A DNA stretch of 64,000 nt, from assembly GCF_055900595.2 (NCBI RefSeq), contig NZ_CM148325.1, one strand, 5' to 3'. The position numbers and the translations under genes are program-made. Below are positions 22,396 through 36,130 of this stretch, piece after piece (the stretch's first letter is position 1; every line of letters begins with the position of its first letter). Under the pieces are notes generated by a model. It had not been told where the DNA came from, made no database searches, and was given only the letters and a program-made list of their open reading frames with translations.

Positions 22396-22507
22396 CCCCG
22401 GCTAGACCGGGGTGCGCGAATACTGCGCCAACACCAGGGAAATCTTGGCTGCGCCGTAAATTTTTATGATGAGTTACAAGGGCACAGCACTTTTTTTCAG
22501 GCCGCAC
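22386..22507 (-). ncRNA. arcZ: ArcZ small RNA (Hfq-dependent), convergent with arcB
   Basis: Reverse complement reads gtgcggcctgaaaaa...gtgctgtgcccttgtaactcatcat...ggcgcagccaagatttccctggtgttggcgcagtattcgcgcaccccggtctagccggggtcattttttt, matching the recalled ArcZ sequence and its terminator overlapping the arcB 3' end. Confidence 0.65.
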
Positions 22508-22624
22508 GCAGTTAAGATAGCAAAACTTAAATGATTTGTTACATGAATCAGTTAAATGTGTGATGCGTAGCATTTTTATTAAAAAAATTAATGTGTTTCA
22601 GTCAATTGCGAAAGGATGATCACA

Positions 22625-23278
22625 ATGAAGAAAATTGGCGTAATTCTGAGCGGATGCGGCGTCTATGACGGTTCTGAAATTCATGAAGCGGTGTTGACGT
22701 TGTTAGCTATTTCACGCAGTGGTGCGCAGGCGGTCTGCTTTGCACCGGATAAGCAGCAGGTTGATGTAATCAATCATTTAACTGGCGAAGCGATGCCGGA
22801 AACGCGCAATGTGCTGATTGAAGCGGCACGAATAACGCGCGGTGAAATCCGTCCTCTGGCTCAGGCCGATGCCGCTGAACTGGATGCGTTGATTGTGCCG
22901 GGGGGGTTTGGTGCGGCGAAGAATTTAAGCAACTTTGCCCGTCTGGGGAGTGAATGCACCGTTGAGCGTGAATTACAGGCGCTGGCGCAAGCGATGCATC
23001 AGGCCGGAAAACCGCTTGGTTTTATGTGTATTGCCCCGGCGATGCTGCCGAAAATTTTCGATTTCCCGCTGCGTTTGACCATCGGTACTGATATCGATAC
23101 CGCAGAAGTGCTGGAGGAGATGGGCGCGGAGCATGTGCCGTGTCCTGTCGATGATATCGTGGTTGATGAAGACAATAAGATTGTCACCACCCCGGCATAT
23201 ATGCTGGCGCAGAACATTGCAGAAGCGGCGAGCGGCATTGATAAGCTGGTTTCCCGCGTGCTGGTTCTGACTGAATGA
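22625..23278 (+). CDS. elbB: glyoxalase III-like protein ElbB (DJ-1/PfpI family)
   Basis: ORF 22616..23278 trimmed to [23 protein letters not shown]... (217 aa); recognised ElbB/YhbL. Confidence 0.88.
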   Translation: MKKIGVILSGCGVYDGSEIHEAVLTLLAISRSGAQAVCFAPDKQQVDVINHLTGEAMPETRNVLIEAARITRGEIRPLAQADAAELDALIVPGGFGAAKNLSNFARLGSECTVERELQALAQAMHQAGKPLGFMCIAPAMLPKIFDFPLRLTIGTDIDTAEVLEEMGAEHVPCPVDDIVVDEDNKIVTTPAYMLAQNIAEAASGIDKLVSRVLVLTE

Positions 23279-24003
23279 GTAAAAGCCGCTTAACGGTGTT
23301 TAGTTTCGTTCGCCGTTTTCTTCTACGGTTAATGGTTGTCCTCGCCGTTTTCTGGGGCGGGGGCATCGCGTTGTTTAGCGTTGCGCCTGTTCCTTTCTCA
23401 GCGGTAATGGCCGAGCGACAAGTCAGCGCCTGGCTGCATGGCAATTTTCGTTACGTGGCACATTCTGACTGGGTCAGTATGGATCAAATCTCGCCGTGGA
23501 TGGGACTGGCGGTGATTGCCGCAGAAGATCAGAAGTTTCCTGAGCACTGGGGCTTTGATGTCGCTTCCATTGAGCAAGCCCTGGCGCACAACGAGCGCAA
23601 TGAAAACCGTATTCGCGGTGCTTCAACGATTTCTCAGCAGACAGCCAAAAATCTCTTTTTATGGGATGGGCGTAGCTGGGTTCGAAAAGGGCTGGAAGCT
23701 GGATTAACGCTGGGGATAGAAACAGTCTGGAGCAAAAAGCGTATCCTGACGGTTTACCTGAATATCGCCGAATTTGGCGACGGTGTGTTTGGCGTCGAAG
23801 CTGCGGCACAACGTTATTTCCACAAACCCGCGAGCAAACTTACCCGGTCGGAAGCTGCGTTACTGGCTGCCGTATTACCTAATCCACTGCGTTTCAAAGT
23901 CTCCGCGCCATCGGGCTATGTGCGTAGCCGTCAGGCGTGGATTTTACGGCAGATGTATCAGTTAGGCGGTGAGTCGTTTATGCAACAACACCAGCTGAAT
24001 TAA
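23275..24003 (+). CDS. mtgA: monofunctional peptidoglycan glycosyltransferase
   Basis: 242-aa ORF with N-terminal TM segment and transglycosylase motifs (…[15 protein letters not shown]…); overlaps elbB stop by 4 bp. Confidence 0.9.
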   Translation: MSKSRLTVFSFVRRFLLRLMVVLAVFWGGGIALFSVAPVPFSAVMAERQVSAWLHGNFRYVAHSDWVSMDQISPWMGLAVIAAEDQKFPEHWGFDVASIEQALAHNERNENRIRGASTISQQTAKNLFLWDGRSWVRKGLEAGLTLGIETVWSKKRILTVYLNIAEFGDGVFGVEAAAQRYFHKPASKLTRSEAALLAAVLPNPLRFKVSAPSGYVRSRQAWILRQMYQLGGESFMQQHQLN

Positions 24004-24632
24004 GCTTCGCGCGAAGTGAGGGCCAGCGTTTTGCTCTCACGTGGTTGCAGATCTTTCTGTAGGGCAATAGCCAGTGCCGGCTGGGCGATAAACCGTTTCC
24101 ATAACCGCTCTTGCTTTCGCTGACAACACCACTTTGACCAGGTCGCCAGTGGAATCAACGTGCTTTCACCAATGTTGTCGCAGACGACGGGGATAACCTC
24201 TGACTCACTGATGCGGTGACAGAGGATATTCTGCGGCTTCAACGACATCGTCACGATATGGTTATCCTGCAAATAACGTTTCAGCTGTTTCAGTAACTGG
24301 CGCAGCTGTGCAACGTCTTCTTCGTAACGGCATTGTTCTGCAAATTCGGTCAGCGTAACGGAGGGCTTACCGTCGAAATCGGCAATCACATCGTAGACAT
24401 AACCCGTTCCGCAATCCGTCTCCACGGTACCGTGATAGCGCGGTATTCCACTCCAGTCTTTTAACCGGCGACCAAGATGCGCGTAATACTTTAACTCACG
24501 GCGGATCTCTTTATCACCACCATCACCACGGTTGTAGACAATCTTGATACAGCGTTGGGCATCTTCCGGATGCGCATAACATTTCCGATGTCTTCCGGTG
24601 CCCAGGGGATTTTGTTCAGATAAGCGAATCAT
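24000..24632 (-). CDS. yrbL: YrbL (PhoP-regulated, protein-kinase-like fold, uncharacterised)
   Basis: ORF 24000..24689 trimmed to [24 protein letters not shown]... (210 aa); convergent with mtgA, stop codons overlapping by 4 bp. Confidence 0.8.
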   Translation of the reverse strand: MIRLSEQNPLGTGRHRKCYAHPEDAQRCIKIVYNRGDGGDKEIRRELKYYAHLGRRLKDWSGIPRYHGTVETDCGTGYVYDVIADFDGKPSVTLTEFAEQCRYEEDVAQLRQLLKQLKRYLQDNHIVTMSLKPQNILCHRISESEVIPVVCDNIGESTLIPLATWSKWCCQRKQERLWKRFIAQPALAIALQKDLQPRESKTLALTSREA

Positions 24633-24844
24633 ACCATCTCCTGGAAATATTTTCTGACGATCTCCAGTATGGTCAAATAACTTAAACAAAACCTAAACAA
24701 TGCCTCTTAAGGTTTTCTTAAGGTTCTTCTGAAAGTGAAAAGCGCACAAAATGTACAATTTCCGTCATTAATAACGATTTCAGTACGCGCTTTTTTTATT
24801 GTCGGGGGGAGCTTGAAGGGATTTGTATGTCAAAGTGATGAAAA

Positions 24845-25117
24845 TTAATCTTCATCAAAACCAGAGTTAAAGAGGGCGATAACGGCGGCCAGTGCTTCCT
24901 CTTCCTGTGGACCGGTCGCTTCGACTTCAATCTGCCGTCCTTTGGCAGAATCCAGCATCAGCAGCGCAATAACGCTGTTGGCTTCAGCTTCAGTGCCTTC
25001 ATCGTTACGTAACAGCACTTCAGCGTCAAAACCCTGCATTAATTCAAACAGCTTCATTGCAGGCCGGGCATGCATGCCCAGCTTGTTTGTGATTTCAACC
25101 GTTTGCTTGACGGTCAT
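24845..25117 (-). CDS. ptsO: nitrogen-related phosphocarrier protein NPr
   Basis: 90-aa HPr-like [29 protein letters not shown]...; overlaps rapZ stop. Confidence 0.92.
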
Positions 25118-25968
25118 GGTTTACGTTTTTCCAGCGTACGATGGCGTGACTGGACGTTTTTACCGCGTGAACGGAAGTAGTCTGCCAACTGCTCTGCAAT
25201 ATACACCGAACGGTGCTTCCCGCCAGTACAACCAATGGCGACCGTCAGGTAGCTACGGTTGTTGGTTTCCAGCATAGGTAACCATAGCTCAAGATAGCTT
25301 CGCGTCTGGTAAATAAAATTGTGTACTTCTGTGTGGCGGTCGAGGAATGCGGCGACAGGCTTATCAAGACCTGTCATCGGACGCAGTTTTGGATCCCAGT
25401 GCGGGTTCGGCAAGAAGCGCACGTCAAAGACGTAATCTGCATCGATAGGGATACCGTGTTTGAAGCCGAAAGACTCAAAGACCATGGTCAGTTCGCGTTC
25501 ACGTTTACCCAGTAAACGGGTACGCAACATTTCTGCCAGCTCGTGAACGGACATTTCTGAGGTATCGACAATCAGATCCGCTCGCGAACGCAGTGGTTCC
25601 AGTAGATCGCTTTCTTTGTCGATAGCACTTTCCAGCGACAGGTTTTTGCTGGAAAGCGGATGCAGGCGGCGCGTGTCACTGTAACGACGAATTAAGGTAT
25701 TACGGTCGGCATCCAGGAACAGGAGTTGCGGTGAGAAAGCGTCAGGTAGGTTACTCATCGCCTGTTCGAATATTTCTGGTGACTCCGGCATATTACGAAC
25801 ATCAATGCTGACGGCGGCAGAAATCTCGCGATCGGCCAGAGTTCGAGCCAGATCGGGTAACAACACTACGGGGAGGTTATCCACGCAGTAAAAACCCATA
25901 TCTTCCAGCGCACGAAGGGCGACAGATTTACCTGAACCTGAACGTCCGCTGACGATCATCAGTACCAT
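25114..25968 (-). CDS. rapZ: RNase adaptor protein RapZ (P-loop NTPase)
   Basis: 284-aa [36 protein letters not shown]... with Walker A; recognised RapZ/YhbJ. Confidence 0.92.
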
Positions 25969-26013
25969 GTACTGTTTCTCCTCACAACGTCTAAAAGAGA
26001 CATTACCGAATAA

Positions 26014-26505
26014 CTACGCTTCATCCGGAGTACCTTCGGTATCCGTAATGATTTGATACAGCTCTTCATCGCTCTGGGCTGCGCGTAAACGGCGGCAGAT
26101 GGTTTTATCCGCCAGACGTTTCGCCACCAGCGACAGAGTATGCAGGTGCGTTTTGGTTTGGTCAGCCGGAACCAGCAACGCAAACAGTAAATCTACCGGT
26201 TGGTTGTCAATGGCATCGAAAGCTATGGGCGTTTCGAGCTGAACGAAAACACCAACGGCGCGCAGAGTATCTTCTTCCAGTTTGCCATGCGGAATGGCTA
26301 TACCATTGCCGATACCGGTACTGCCCATTTTTTCCCGCGTCAGGATAGCTTCAAAAACCACCTGAGGCGGCAGGCTAAGTTGTTTCGCCGCCAGCTCGCT
26401 GATGATTTCCAGGGCGCGTTTTTTGCTCTGACAGTGGACGCGGCTTCGCGTACATTCCCTGTTAAGAACAGTGCTAAGCTGTAGAGTTGTATCATTATTT
26501 GTCAT
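26014..26505 (-). CDS. ptsN: nitrogen PTS enzyme IIA-Ntr
   Basis: ORF 26014..26529 trimmed to MTNNDTTLQLS... (163 aa); EIIA fold with active-site His region (GIAIPHGK). Confidence 0.9.
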   Translation of the reverse strand: MTNNDTTLQLSTVLNRECTRSRVHCQSKKRALEIISELAAKQLSLPPQVVFEAILTREKMGSTGIGNGIAIPHGKLEEDTLRAVGVFVQLETPIAFDAIDNQPVDLLFALLVPADQTKTHLHTLSLVAKRLADKTICRRLRAAQSDEELYQIITDTEGTPDEA

Positions 26506-26622
26506 AATTTCACCTAAGAACCTGCTCACTCAAACGGTGGAACAGGTTCGGAGCATTAACTGTACAAATGGCCCGTTGTGCCGCACAACAGGCCGCCATG
26601 CACATGCTAATTGCCCGGACAA

Positions 26623-26910
26623 TTAGTGTTGTTTCAGTTTATCTTTATGTTTGGTCAACTGGCGTGCCAGCTTATCAATTAAGCCATCAATGGCAGCGTA
26701 CATGTCCTGACCTTCCGCGCTGGCATGAATTTCACCACCGTTTACATGCAGTGTTGCATCTGAGGTATGGGTGACTTTCTCCACTTTCAGAACAACATAG
26801 ACCTGGTTGATTCGGTCAAAATATTGCTCAAGTTTGGCAAATTTAGCAGTAACAAATTCGCGCAGTGCCTCGGTGATCTCGACGTTATTTCCGGTAATGT
26901 TGAGCTGCAT
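26623..26910 (-). CDS. hpf: ribosome hibernation promoting factor
   Basis: ORF 26623..26994 trimmed to MQLNITGNNVEITEALREFV... (95 aa); recognised Hpf/YhbH. Confidence 0.9.
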   Translation of the reverse strand: MQLNITGNNVEITEALREFVTAKFAKLEQYFDRINQVYVVLKVEKVTHTSDATLHVNGGEIHASAEGQDMYAAIDGLIDKLARQLTKHKDKLKQH

Positions 26911-26932
26911 AGTGTCTTCCTTATCGGTTGGG

Positions 26933-28366
26933 TCAAACGAGCTGTTTACGCTGGTTTGACGGCGGAATGGATAAAGACTCTCGGTACTTCGCAACAGTGC
27001 GGCGTGCCACCATGATACCTTGTTCTGACAGCAAAGAGGTTAACTTGCTGTCGCTTAGCGGTTTCGCTGGGTTTTCCGCCGCGATTAATTTCTTCACCAG
27101 CGCACGAATTGCCGTTGAGGAAGCTTCGCCGCCGCCCTCGGTATTGACGTGACTGGAAAAGAAATACTTCAGTTCAAAAATGCCTCGTGGACTATGCAGG
27201 TATTTTTGCGTGGTCACGCGAGATATCGTCGATTCATGCATTTCGACAGCCTGGGCGATATCGGCCAGTACCATCGGTTTCATATATTCTTCGCCTTGCT
27301 CAAAGAAGGCTTGCTGCTGTTCAACGATACAGCGACTCACGCGTAGTAGCGTATCGTTACGGCTTTCCAGACTCTTGATCAACCATTTGGCATCCTGCAG
27401 ATTGCTGCGGATAAACTGGCTGTCACCGTCGTTGCGCGCGTTATTGCACATCGAGGCGTAGTGCTGGTTGATTTGCAGACGCGGAATGCTGTCGCTGTTG
27501 AGTTCTACTGTCCAGTGACCGTTATGCTTACGCACCAGTACATCTGGAATAACATACTCCGGTTCACCAGTCTGGATCGACTGTCCGGGGCGTGGATCGA
27601 GCGACTGGATCAGATTGACGGCTTCTTTCAGCACATCTTCTTTCAGTCGCGTGACGCGCATCAAGGTGCGGAAGTCGTGATTGGCTAACAGATCGAGATG
27701 ATCGCTAATGATCAGTCTCGCCTCTTCCAGCCACGGCGTAGTTTTATCGAATTGGGAGAGTTGGATCAGCAGGCAGTCACGCAGATCTTTCGCCGCTACG
27801 CCGACCGGATCAAACCGTTGGATCCGCTTCAGGACGGCTTCAACTTCATCGATGTCGATTTCTTCATCGCCCATACTTTCGAGAATATCTTCCAGCGGAA
27901 CAGTCAGATAACCGGTGTCATCAACGGCATCGACGATAGAGGTAGCAATAGCGCGGTCTGTGTCGGAAAACGGTGTCAGCTCGACTTGCCACATCAGGTA
28001 ATCTTGCAAGGTCTGCGTTGTTTCGCCCTGATAGACCGGCAGCTCGTCGTCAATGTAGTCACCGCTGGTGCCGGAGGGTGTACCAGCGGTGTAAATGGTG
28101 TCCCAACTGGCATCGAGCGGCAGCTCTTCCGGCATCTCTTTTTGTTCGAGTGCGTCGGCGGTGTCCAGTGTTTCACTGTCTTGCGTTTCGCGGGTGTCGA
28201 TTTCTTCATGAGTGTCGATTTGCTCAAGCAGCGGATTACTCTCCAGCGCCTGCTGTAGCTCCTGCTGAAGTTCCAGCGTCGACAACTGCAACAGACGAAT
28301 AGCCTGTTGGAGCTGTGGCGTCATCGCCAGTTGTTGGCTAAGCCTGAGTTGCAAACCTTGCTTCAT
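26933..28366 (-). CDS. rpoN: RNA polymerase sigma-54 factor
   Basis: 477-aa ORF with Gln-rich N-terminus ([29 protein letters not shown]) and C-terminal RpoN box ([10 protein letters not shown]). Confidence 0.95.
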   Translation of the reverse strand: MKQGLQLRLSQQLAMTPQLQQAIRLLQLSTLELQQELQQALESNPLLEQIDTHEEIDTRETQDSETLDTADALEQKEMPEELPLDASWDTIYTAGTPSGTSGDYIDDELPVYQGETTQTLQDYLMWQVELTPFSDTDRAIATSIVDAVDDTGYLTVPLEDILESMGDEEIDIDEVEAVLKRIQRFDPVGVAAKDLRDCLLIQLSQFDKTTPWLEEARLIISDHLDLLANHDFRTLMRVTRLKEDVLKEAVNLIQSLDPRPGQSIQTGEPEYVIPDVLVRKHNGHWTVELNSDSIPRLQINQHYASMCNNARNDGDSQFIRSNLQDAKWLIKSLESRNDTLLRVSRCIVEQQQAFFEQGEEYMKPMVLADIAQAVEMHESTISRVTTQKYLHSPRGIFELKYFFSSHVNTEGGGEASSTAIRALVKKLIAAENPAKPLSDSKLTSLLSEQGIMVARRTVAKYRESLSIPPSNQRKQLV

Positions 28367-28413
28367 GTTCAGAATCGTACTCTCCTGATAAAACGTCGCA
28401 AACTTCTACCCTA

Positions 28414-29139
28414 TCAGAGTCTGAAGTCTTCCCCAAGGTATACACGCTTAACATGTTCGTCTTGTAAGATTTCTGTAGGCGTGCCGTGGGCGATCAAATG
28501 CCCCTGACTGACGATATAAGCGCGTTCACAAACCGCCAGCGTTTCACGCACGTTATGGTCGGTGATCAGCACGCCCAGGCCGCTGTCGCGCAAGTGCTCA
28601 ATGATGCGTTTGATGTCGATAACCGAGATCGGGTCAACCCCGGCAAACGGTTCATCAAGCAGAATAAATTTCGGATTCGCAGCCAGTGCACGGGCAATTT
28701 CTACACGGCGACGTTCACCCCCGGAGAGTGACTGCCCCATGCTGTCACGCAGGTGTTCGATGTGAAACTCTTCCATCAGCTCGTTCGCGCGGTCTTCACG
28801 TTGTTCAGCAGACAAGTCGTCACGAATTTGCAGTACCGCCATCAGGTTATCGTAAACGCTGAGGCGACGAAAAATGGAGGCTTCCTGCGGCAGATAGCCG
28901 ATACCGCGGCGCGCGCGCGCATGCAGAGGCAGCAGACTGATATCGTCATCATCAATAATGATATTGCCCGCATCGCGCGGCACAATGCCAACAACCATGT
29001 AGAAAGTGGTGGTCTTACCGGCACCGTTTGGCCCCAGCAGACCGACAATTTCCCCGGAGTTGACGGTCAGGCTAACGTCTTCTACCACGCGGCGGCCTTT
29101 ATAGGCTTTTGCAAGGTTCTTTGCAGTTAATGTTGCCAT
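28414..29139 (-). CDS. lptB: LPS export ABC transporter ATPase LptB
   Basis: 241-aa ORF with Walker [10 protein letters not shown], signature LSGGERRR, Walker [12 protein letters not shown]. Confidence 0.95.
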
Positions 29140-29145
29140 AACGAA

Positions 29146-29703
29146 TTAATTACCCTTCTTCTGTGCCGGGGTCTGGCCTTTGTTGTTTTTGTCCTGCAGC
29201 TGCGACGGCACCAGAACGGTGGTTACGCGCTTGCCTTTGTCGCTGAACGCCTGCATTTTCTGCTCTTTCACCAGGTAAGTGATCTTATCACCCTTAATGT
29301 TGCTATCGACCTGCTGCAGATAAGCATTACCCGTCAGAACGACAAAATCTTTTGCCAATTCGTAGTGCATCTGGGAAGCGTGACCTTCAACGGGTTTACC
29401 GTTGTCCTGCATCTGGTAGAACGTTGCCGGTTTACCGTAGCCGTCAATCACTTCTTTACCTTGTTCGCCGCCCGGACGGGTAACGACCACTTTGTCGGCA
29501 TTAATTTTGATGGTGCCCTGGGTGACGATGACATTACCGGTAAAGGTAACCACGTTGCCTTGCATATCAAGAGATTGCTGGTCCGATTCAATGTGGATCG
29601 GCTGATCAGTGTCTCCGGTTACGGCAAATGCCGGAATGGTGGCGGCCAGAAGTGAGCTGGCAAGCACAAGATTAAGGCTGAGTTTGTTTGTTTTGAATTT
29701 CAT
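29146..29703 (-). CDS. lptA: LPS transport periplasmic protein LptA
   Basis: ORF 29146..29724 trimmed to MKFKTNKLSLNLVLASSLLAA... (185 aa), signal peptide; overlaps lptC 3' end. Confidence 0.9.
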   Translation of the reverse strand: MKFKTNKLSLNLVLASSLLAATIPAFAVTGDTDQPIHIESDQQSLDMQGNVVTFTGNVIVTQGTIKINADKVVVTRPGGEQGKEVIDGYGKPATFYQMQDNGKPVEGHASQMHYELAKDFVVLTGNAYLQQVDSNIKGDKITYLVKEQKMQAFSDKGKRVTTVLVPSQLQDKNNKGQTPAQKKGN

Positions 29704-30247
29704 AGGATGTTCTAACCTTTTCAATCAGCTCGGCGTTCTTGCTGCGTAAGTTGCCGCGCATTTTCAGACCGCTGGAGTTAAATGTTGTTCCGTATAACGT
29801 GACAAGGTCTTCAGAGGTAACATCCTGCGTCACCAGATTGATCTGCGCGTTATCCGTCGTGATTCTGCGAAGTTGAGAGTCCGGCACGAGTGCGTTGACT
29901 TCAACGTGTCCATATAAATAGAGCATCCGGTCATTGGTCAGCTTGGCTTTATCTGCTTTTACGGACCATGTCGGGATTTTATCCTTATCAAACGTGGTAA
30001 GTACCGGCTGCGTAAACCACGAAACGGCCTGATCGGAATAATATTCAACGTGTTGAGCAATCAATCGATAGCTTAGTGCCCCTTCTGGGTTATAGACGAG
30101 CGTGTCCGTATGCTCGCTTTTATAGGTGGGATCATTATTGTTGATGACCACCTGGGCGGTATCGTCTTTTTCGGCCATATTAATGCCGATCATCACCAGA
30201 ACCGCCAGTGATAGCACAATGATAACCCAACGTCTGGCTTTACTCAT
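29672..30247 (-). CDS. lptC: LPS export system protein LptC
   Basis: 191-aa ORF with single N-terminal TM segment; overlaps kdsC stop by 4 bp. Confidence 0.9.
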   Translation of the reverse strand: MSKARRWVIIVLSLAVLVMIGINMAEKDDTAQVVINNNDPTYKSEHTDTLVYNPEGALSYRLIAQHVEYYSDQAVSWFTQPVLTTFDKDKIPTWSVKADKAKLTNDRMLYLYGHVEVNALVPDSQLRRITTDNAQINLVTQDVTSEDLVTLYGTTFNSSGLKMRGNLRSKNAELIEKVRTSYEIQNKQTQP

Positions 30248-30810
30248 ATCGATTGCCCTTTGGCTTCATCCAGTTTGCCCTGCGCCAGGAGTAATAAGTC
30301 GCAAACTTCTCGCACTGCGCCACGACCGCCAGCAATGCGCGTCACGTAATCGGCGCGCGGGAGCAACAGTGGATGCGCATCGGCCACGGCGATGCTTAAA
30401 CCCACTTTTTCCATTACCGGCCAGTCAATGAGATCATCGCCGACATAAGCCACATTTTCCGGGGCAATTGCCAGTTTTTCCAGCAGATCGCTAAAGGCGA
30501 TCAGTTTGTTTGACTGCCCCTGATACAAGTGAGTGATCCCCAATGTGGCACAACGATCTTCTACCAGTTTAGCCTTTCGCCCGGTAATGATAGCGACTTC
30601 AATATCAGAGGTGAGCGCACAACGAATGCCATAACCGTCACGAACGTTGAACGCTTTCAGCTCTTCGCCATTATTGCCCATATAAATCAGGCCATCTGAC
30701 AGTACGCCATCAACGTCGAGGATCAGCAGACGAATGTTCTCTGCTTTTGCCATAACGTCGGCGCTGACAGGGCCGTAACAGGTCGCAAGCGACGCACCTG
30801 CTTTGCTCAT
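30244..30810 (-). CDS. kdsC: 3-deoxy-D-manno-octulosonate 8-phosphate phosphatase (HAD family)
   Basis: 188-aa ORF with HAD motif LLILDVDGVLSDG; recognised KdsC. Confidence 0.92.
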   Translation of the reverse strand: MSKAGASLATCYGPVSADVMAKAENIRLLILDVDGVLSDGLIYMGNNGEELKAFNVRDGYGIRCALTSDIEVAIITGRKAKLVEDRCATLGITHLYQGQSNKLIAFSDLLEKLAIAPENVAYVGDDLIDWPVMEKVGLSIAVADAHPLLLPRADYVTRIAGGRGAVREVCDLLLLAQGKLDEAKGQSI

Positions 30811-30830
30811 TGTTGTTTATCCTTGAATCT

Positions 30831-31817
30831 TTACACTACGCCTGCACGCAGTAAATCATGCATATGTAACACACCGAGTAAATGGTCGCCATCGGCAACC
30901 ATCACGGAGGTGATATGGCGGGACTGCATTAAGTTCAGTGCCTCAACGGCCAGAATGCCAGGGCGTACACGTATTCCCCCCGGCGTCATCACATCGGCAA
31001 TACTTAACTGACGAACATCCACACCCATATCGAAGACACGGCGTAAATCACCGTCGGTAAAGATGCCTTCAATCATCATATTGTCATCGCAAATGACCGT
31101 CATACCAAGATTTTTGCGGGTAACTTCCAGCAACGCGTCGCGCAGGCTGGCCGTTTTCTTAACATGCGGGATCTCATCGCCCGTATGCATAATATCGTTT
31201 ACGCGCAGCAGAAGTTTACGACCCAGTGCGCCGCCGGGGTGTGAGAGCGCAAAATCTTCAGCAGTAAAGCCGCGTGCTTTTAACAGCGCGACAGCGAGCG
31301 CATCGCCCATAACCAGCGTGGCGGTCGTGCTGCTGGTCGGTGCCAGCCCTAACGGACAGGCTTCTTTCGCTACTTTAACACACAGATGCACATCTGCGGC
31401 GCGCGCCATGCTGCTCTCCGGGCGACCGGTGATGCAGATTAACGGCACGTGAAGACGCTTAAGCACTGGAATTAAGGCCGTGATTTCGCTGGATTCACCG
31501 GAGTTAGAGATAGCAATCACCACGTCCTGCGGGGTGACCATACCCAAATCACCATGAGCAGCTTCACCTGGATGGACGAAAAATGAAGGTGTACCAGTGC
31601 TGGCAAACGTTGCCGCCATTTTGCGCCCAATATGCCCCGATTTCCCCATCCCCATGACGACAACTTTCCCTTTACACCAGAACATCTTTTCACAGGCAAG
31701 CGTGAAATTCTGATTGATGTATTGATCAAGCTCCGCCAGGCAGTCACGTTCAATCGCCAGGACTTCTTTACCTGCTTGCTGAAAGTCAAAACCCGGTTGT
31801 AACTCTACGTGCGACAT
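30831..31817 (-). CDS. kdsD: D-arabinose 5-phosphate isomerase
   Basis: ORF 30831..31838 trimmed to MSHVELQPGFDFQQAGKEVL... (328 aa); SIS domain plus tandem CBS domains. Confidence 0.9.
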   Translation of the reverse strand: MSHVELQPGFDFQQAGKEVLAIERDCLAELDQYINQNFTLACEKMFWCKGKVVVMGMGKSGHIGRKMAATFASTGTPSFFVHPGEAAHGDLGMVTPQDVVIAISNSGESSEITALIPVLKRLHVPLICITGRPESSMARAADVHLCVKVAKEACPLGLAPTSSTTATLVMGDALAVALLKARGFTAEDFALSHPGGALGRKLLLRVNDIMHTGDEIPHVKKTASLRDALLEVTRKNLGMTVICDDNMMIEGIFTDGDLRRVFDMGVDVRQLSIADVMTPGGIRVRPGILAVEALNLMQSRHITSVMVADGDHLLGVLHMHDLLRAGVV

Positions 31818-31830
31818 AATGCGTTTCCAG

Positions 31831-32808
31831 TTATTCAACGAGTATTGGCGATAACCAGTACAACATCGCCAGCCATACGATAAATCCGCCAGTTAATAAT
31901 ACCCCTACACCACGGCCCGGTTGCGGGGAGCGCCGCCAGCACAGCAACGCAAAAATAATGCTCACCAGCAACATCACGCTGTAGTCACGACTGTACGCCA
32001 GTGGATCAATCTCTCCAGGCGTTATCAGCGCGGGTAAACCCAACACGATGACAATATTAAAAATGTTTGCGCCAATGATATTCCCGACAGCAATGTCGTT
32101 TTCACCTTTGCGAACCCCCGCGATTGCGGTTGCCAGTTCTGGCAGACTGGTTCCGATAGCGATTGCCGTCAGACCCATCGTCAACTCGCTGATGGCAAAG
32201 TAATTCGCCAGCACCGTGGCGTTATCAACCACCATCCGCGTGGCCACTGGCATGATGATCAGCGCAATGCCGAGCCATAAAAACGCGACGGGCAATCCGC
32301 CTTCACGCGGCAGCTCTGCAAGCTGCTCTCTGGTCAGGCTGTCAGTCCCCTGACGTTCAGCCAGACGTGCAAGTTTAACAATGAACAGCAGCCATAGCAC
32401 AGCCAGAAAGAGGAGAAAGATACCATCGCTGCGACTAAGTTGTCCGTCATAGAGTACGGAACCGGCCACCACACTGACCAACAACATTAAGGGTAATTCG
32501 CGGCGCAGAACATCGGAATGGACGGTAAAAGGACGTACCAGCGCAGCCAGACCGAGGATCAGCAAAATATTGATAATGTTTGATCCGAGGGCTACACCAA
32601 CGGCTAAATCGCGTTGTTCGTGCAGTGATGCGGCAAGCGAAACGATGATTTCTGGTAACGATGTGCCAATACTGACCACCGTCATGCCGATGATCAGTGG
32701 CGGTATGCCAAAGGATCGGCAAAGAATGGACGCGGCAAATACCAGGCGGTCGGCACTGTAAACGACCAAAAGTAAACCAACAATTAACAGTGCCGTAGCT
32801 AAAAGCAT
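31831..32808 (-). CDS. yrbG: Ca2+/cation antiporter family inner membrane protein YrbG
   Basis: 325-aa polytopic membrane ORF with duplicated alpha-repeat motifs (GTSLPE); recognised YrbG. Confidence 0.88.
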   Translation of the reverse strand: MLLATALLIVGLLLVVYSADRLVFAASILCRSFGIPPLIIGMTVVSIGTSLPEIIVSLAASLHEQRDLAVGVALGSNIINILLILGLAALVRPFTVHSDVLRRELPLMLLVSVVAGSVLYDGQLSRSDGIFLLFLAVLWLLFIVKLARLAERQGTDSLTREQLAELPREGGLPVAFLWLGIALIIMPVATRMVVDNATVLANYFAISELTMGLTAIAIGTSLPELATAIAGVRKGENDIAVGNIIGANIFNIVIVLGLPALITPGEIDPLAYSRDYSVMLLVSIIFALLCWRRSPQPGRGVGVLLTGGFIVWLAMLYWLSPILVE

Positions 32809-33017
32809 CTAACGTCCTTTCTTCAGGTATACTCGCCGGTCCGCTGAAGATTTTCAGAAAGCCGTAACGGATTCTTAATTTTGACTTTATGCGGCTAAAA
32901 AGTAAAACAAATGCCAGCTTTCGCTAACCACGGCGGGTAATATTCTGTAAATATGTTGGGTTCAAGGTTAAATTGAGCGCCATGCTTAGAAAATCAACGC
33001 AAGACGAAGGGTGAATT

Positions 33018-34617
<1,600 letters not shown>

Positions 34618-34621
34618 GTTC

Positions 34622-35173
34622 ATGCAAACGAAAAAAAATGAAATTTGGGTGGGTATCTTTTTATTAGCAGCACTGCTGGCGGCGCTGTTTGTTTGCCTGA
34701 AGGCGGCGAACGTGACGTCCATACGTACTGAACCGACCTATACGCTTTATGCGACGTTCGATAACATTGGCGGCCTGAAAGCGCGCTCTCCGGTCAGCAT
34801 TGGTGGCGTTGTTGTGGGCCGGGTGGCGGATATTACGCTGGACCCGAAAACCTATCTGCCACGCGTAACGCTGGAAATTGAACAACGTTATAACCACATT
34901 CCTGATACCAGTTCGCTGAGCATCCGTACTTCCGGCCTGCTGGGGGAACAATATCTGGCATTAAACGTCGGTTTTGAAGACCCGGAACTGGGGACTGCTA
35001 TCCTGAAGGATGGCGATACAATCCAGGACACTAAGTCTGCGATGGTGCTGGAAGATCTCATTGGTCAGTTCCTTTACGGTAGTAAAGGCGATGACAATAA
35101 GAATAGTGGCGATGCGCCAGCTGCTGCGCCAGGTAATAATGAAACCACTGAACCTGTGGGTACAACGAAATAA
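34622..35173 (+). CDS. mlaD: MCE-domain periplasmic phospholipid-binding protein MlaD
   Basis: ORF 34607..35173 trimmed to MQTKKNEIWVGIFLLAALLAALF... (183 aa), N-terminal TM anchor. Confidence 0.9.
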   Translation: MQTKKNEIWVGIFLLAALLAALFVCLKAANVTSIRTEPTYTLYATFDNIGGLKARSPVSIGGVVVGRVADITLDPKTYLPRVTLEIEQRYNHIPDTSSLSIRTSGLLGEQYLALNVGFEDPELGTAILKDGDTIQDTKSAMVLEDLIGQFLYGSKGDDNKNSGDAPAAAPGNNETTEPVGTTK

Positions 35174-35826
<653 letters not shown>

Positions 35827-35827
<1 letters not shown>

Positions 35828-36120
35828 TGAGCGAGTCACTGAGCTGGATGCAGACGGGTGACACGCTGGCGTTATCCGGAGAGCTGGATCAGGACGTTCT
35901 GCTACCGCTTTGGGAAATGCGTGAGGAGGCGGTGAAGGGGATTACCTGCATCGATCTTAGCCGTGTATCCCGCGTTGATACAGGTGGACTGGCGCTGCTG
36001 CTCCATCTTATCGATCTGGCGAAAAAGCAGGGCAACAATGTGACGCTTCAGGGGGTAAACGACAAAGTGTATACCCTGGCGAAATTGTATAATTTGCCTG
36101 CTGATGTTCTGCCTCGTTAA
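35827..36120 (+). CDS. mlaB: STAS-domain protein MlaB
   Basis: ORF 35731..36120 trimmed to MSESLSWMQTGDTLALSGELD... (97 aa); ATG overlaps the mlaC stop. Confidence 0.88.
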
Positions 36121-36130
36121 ATTTTTTCAG

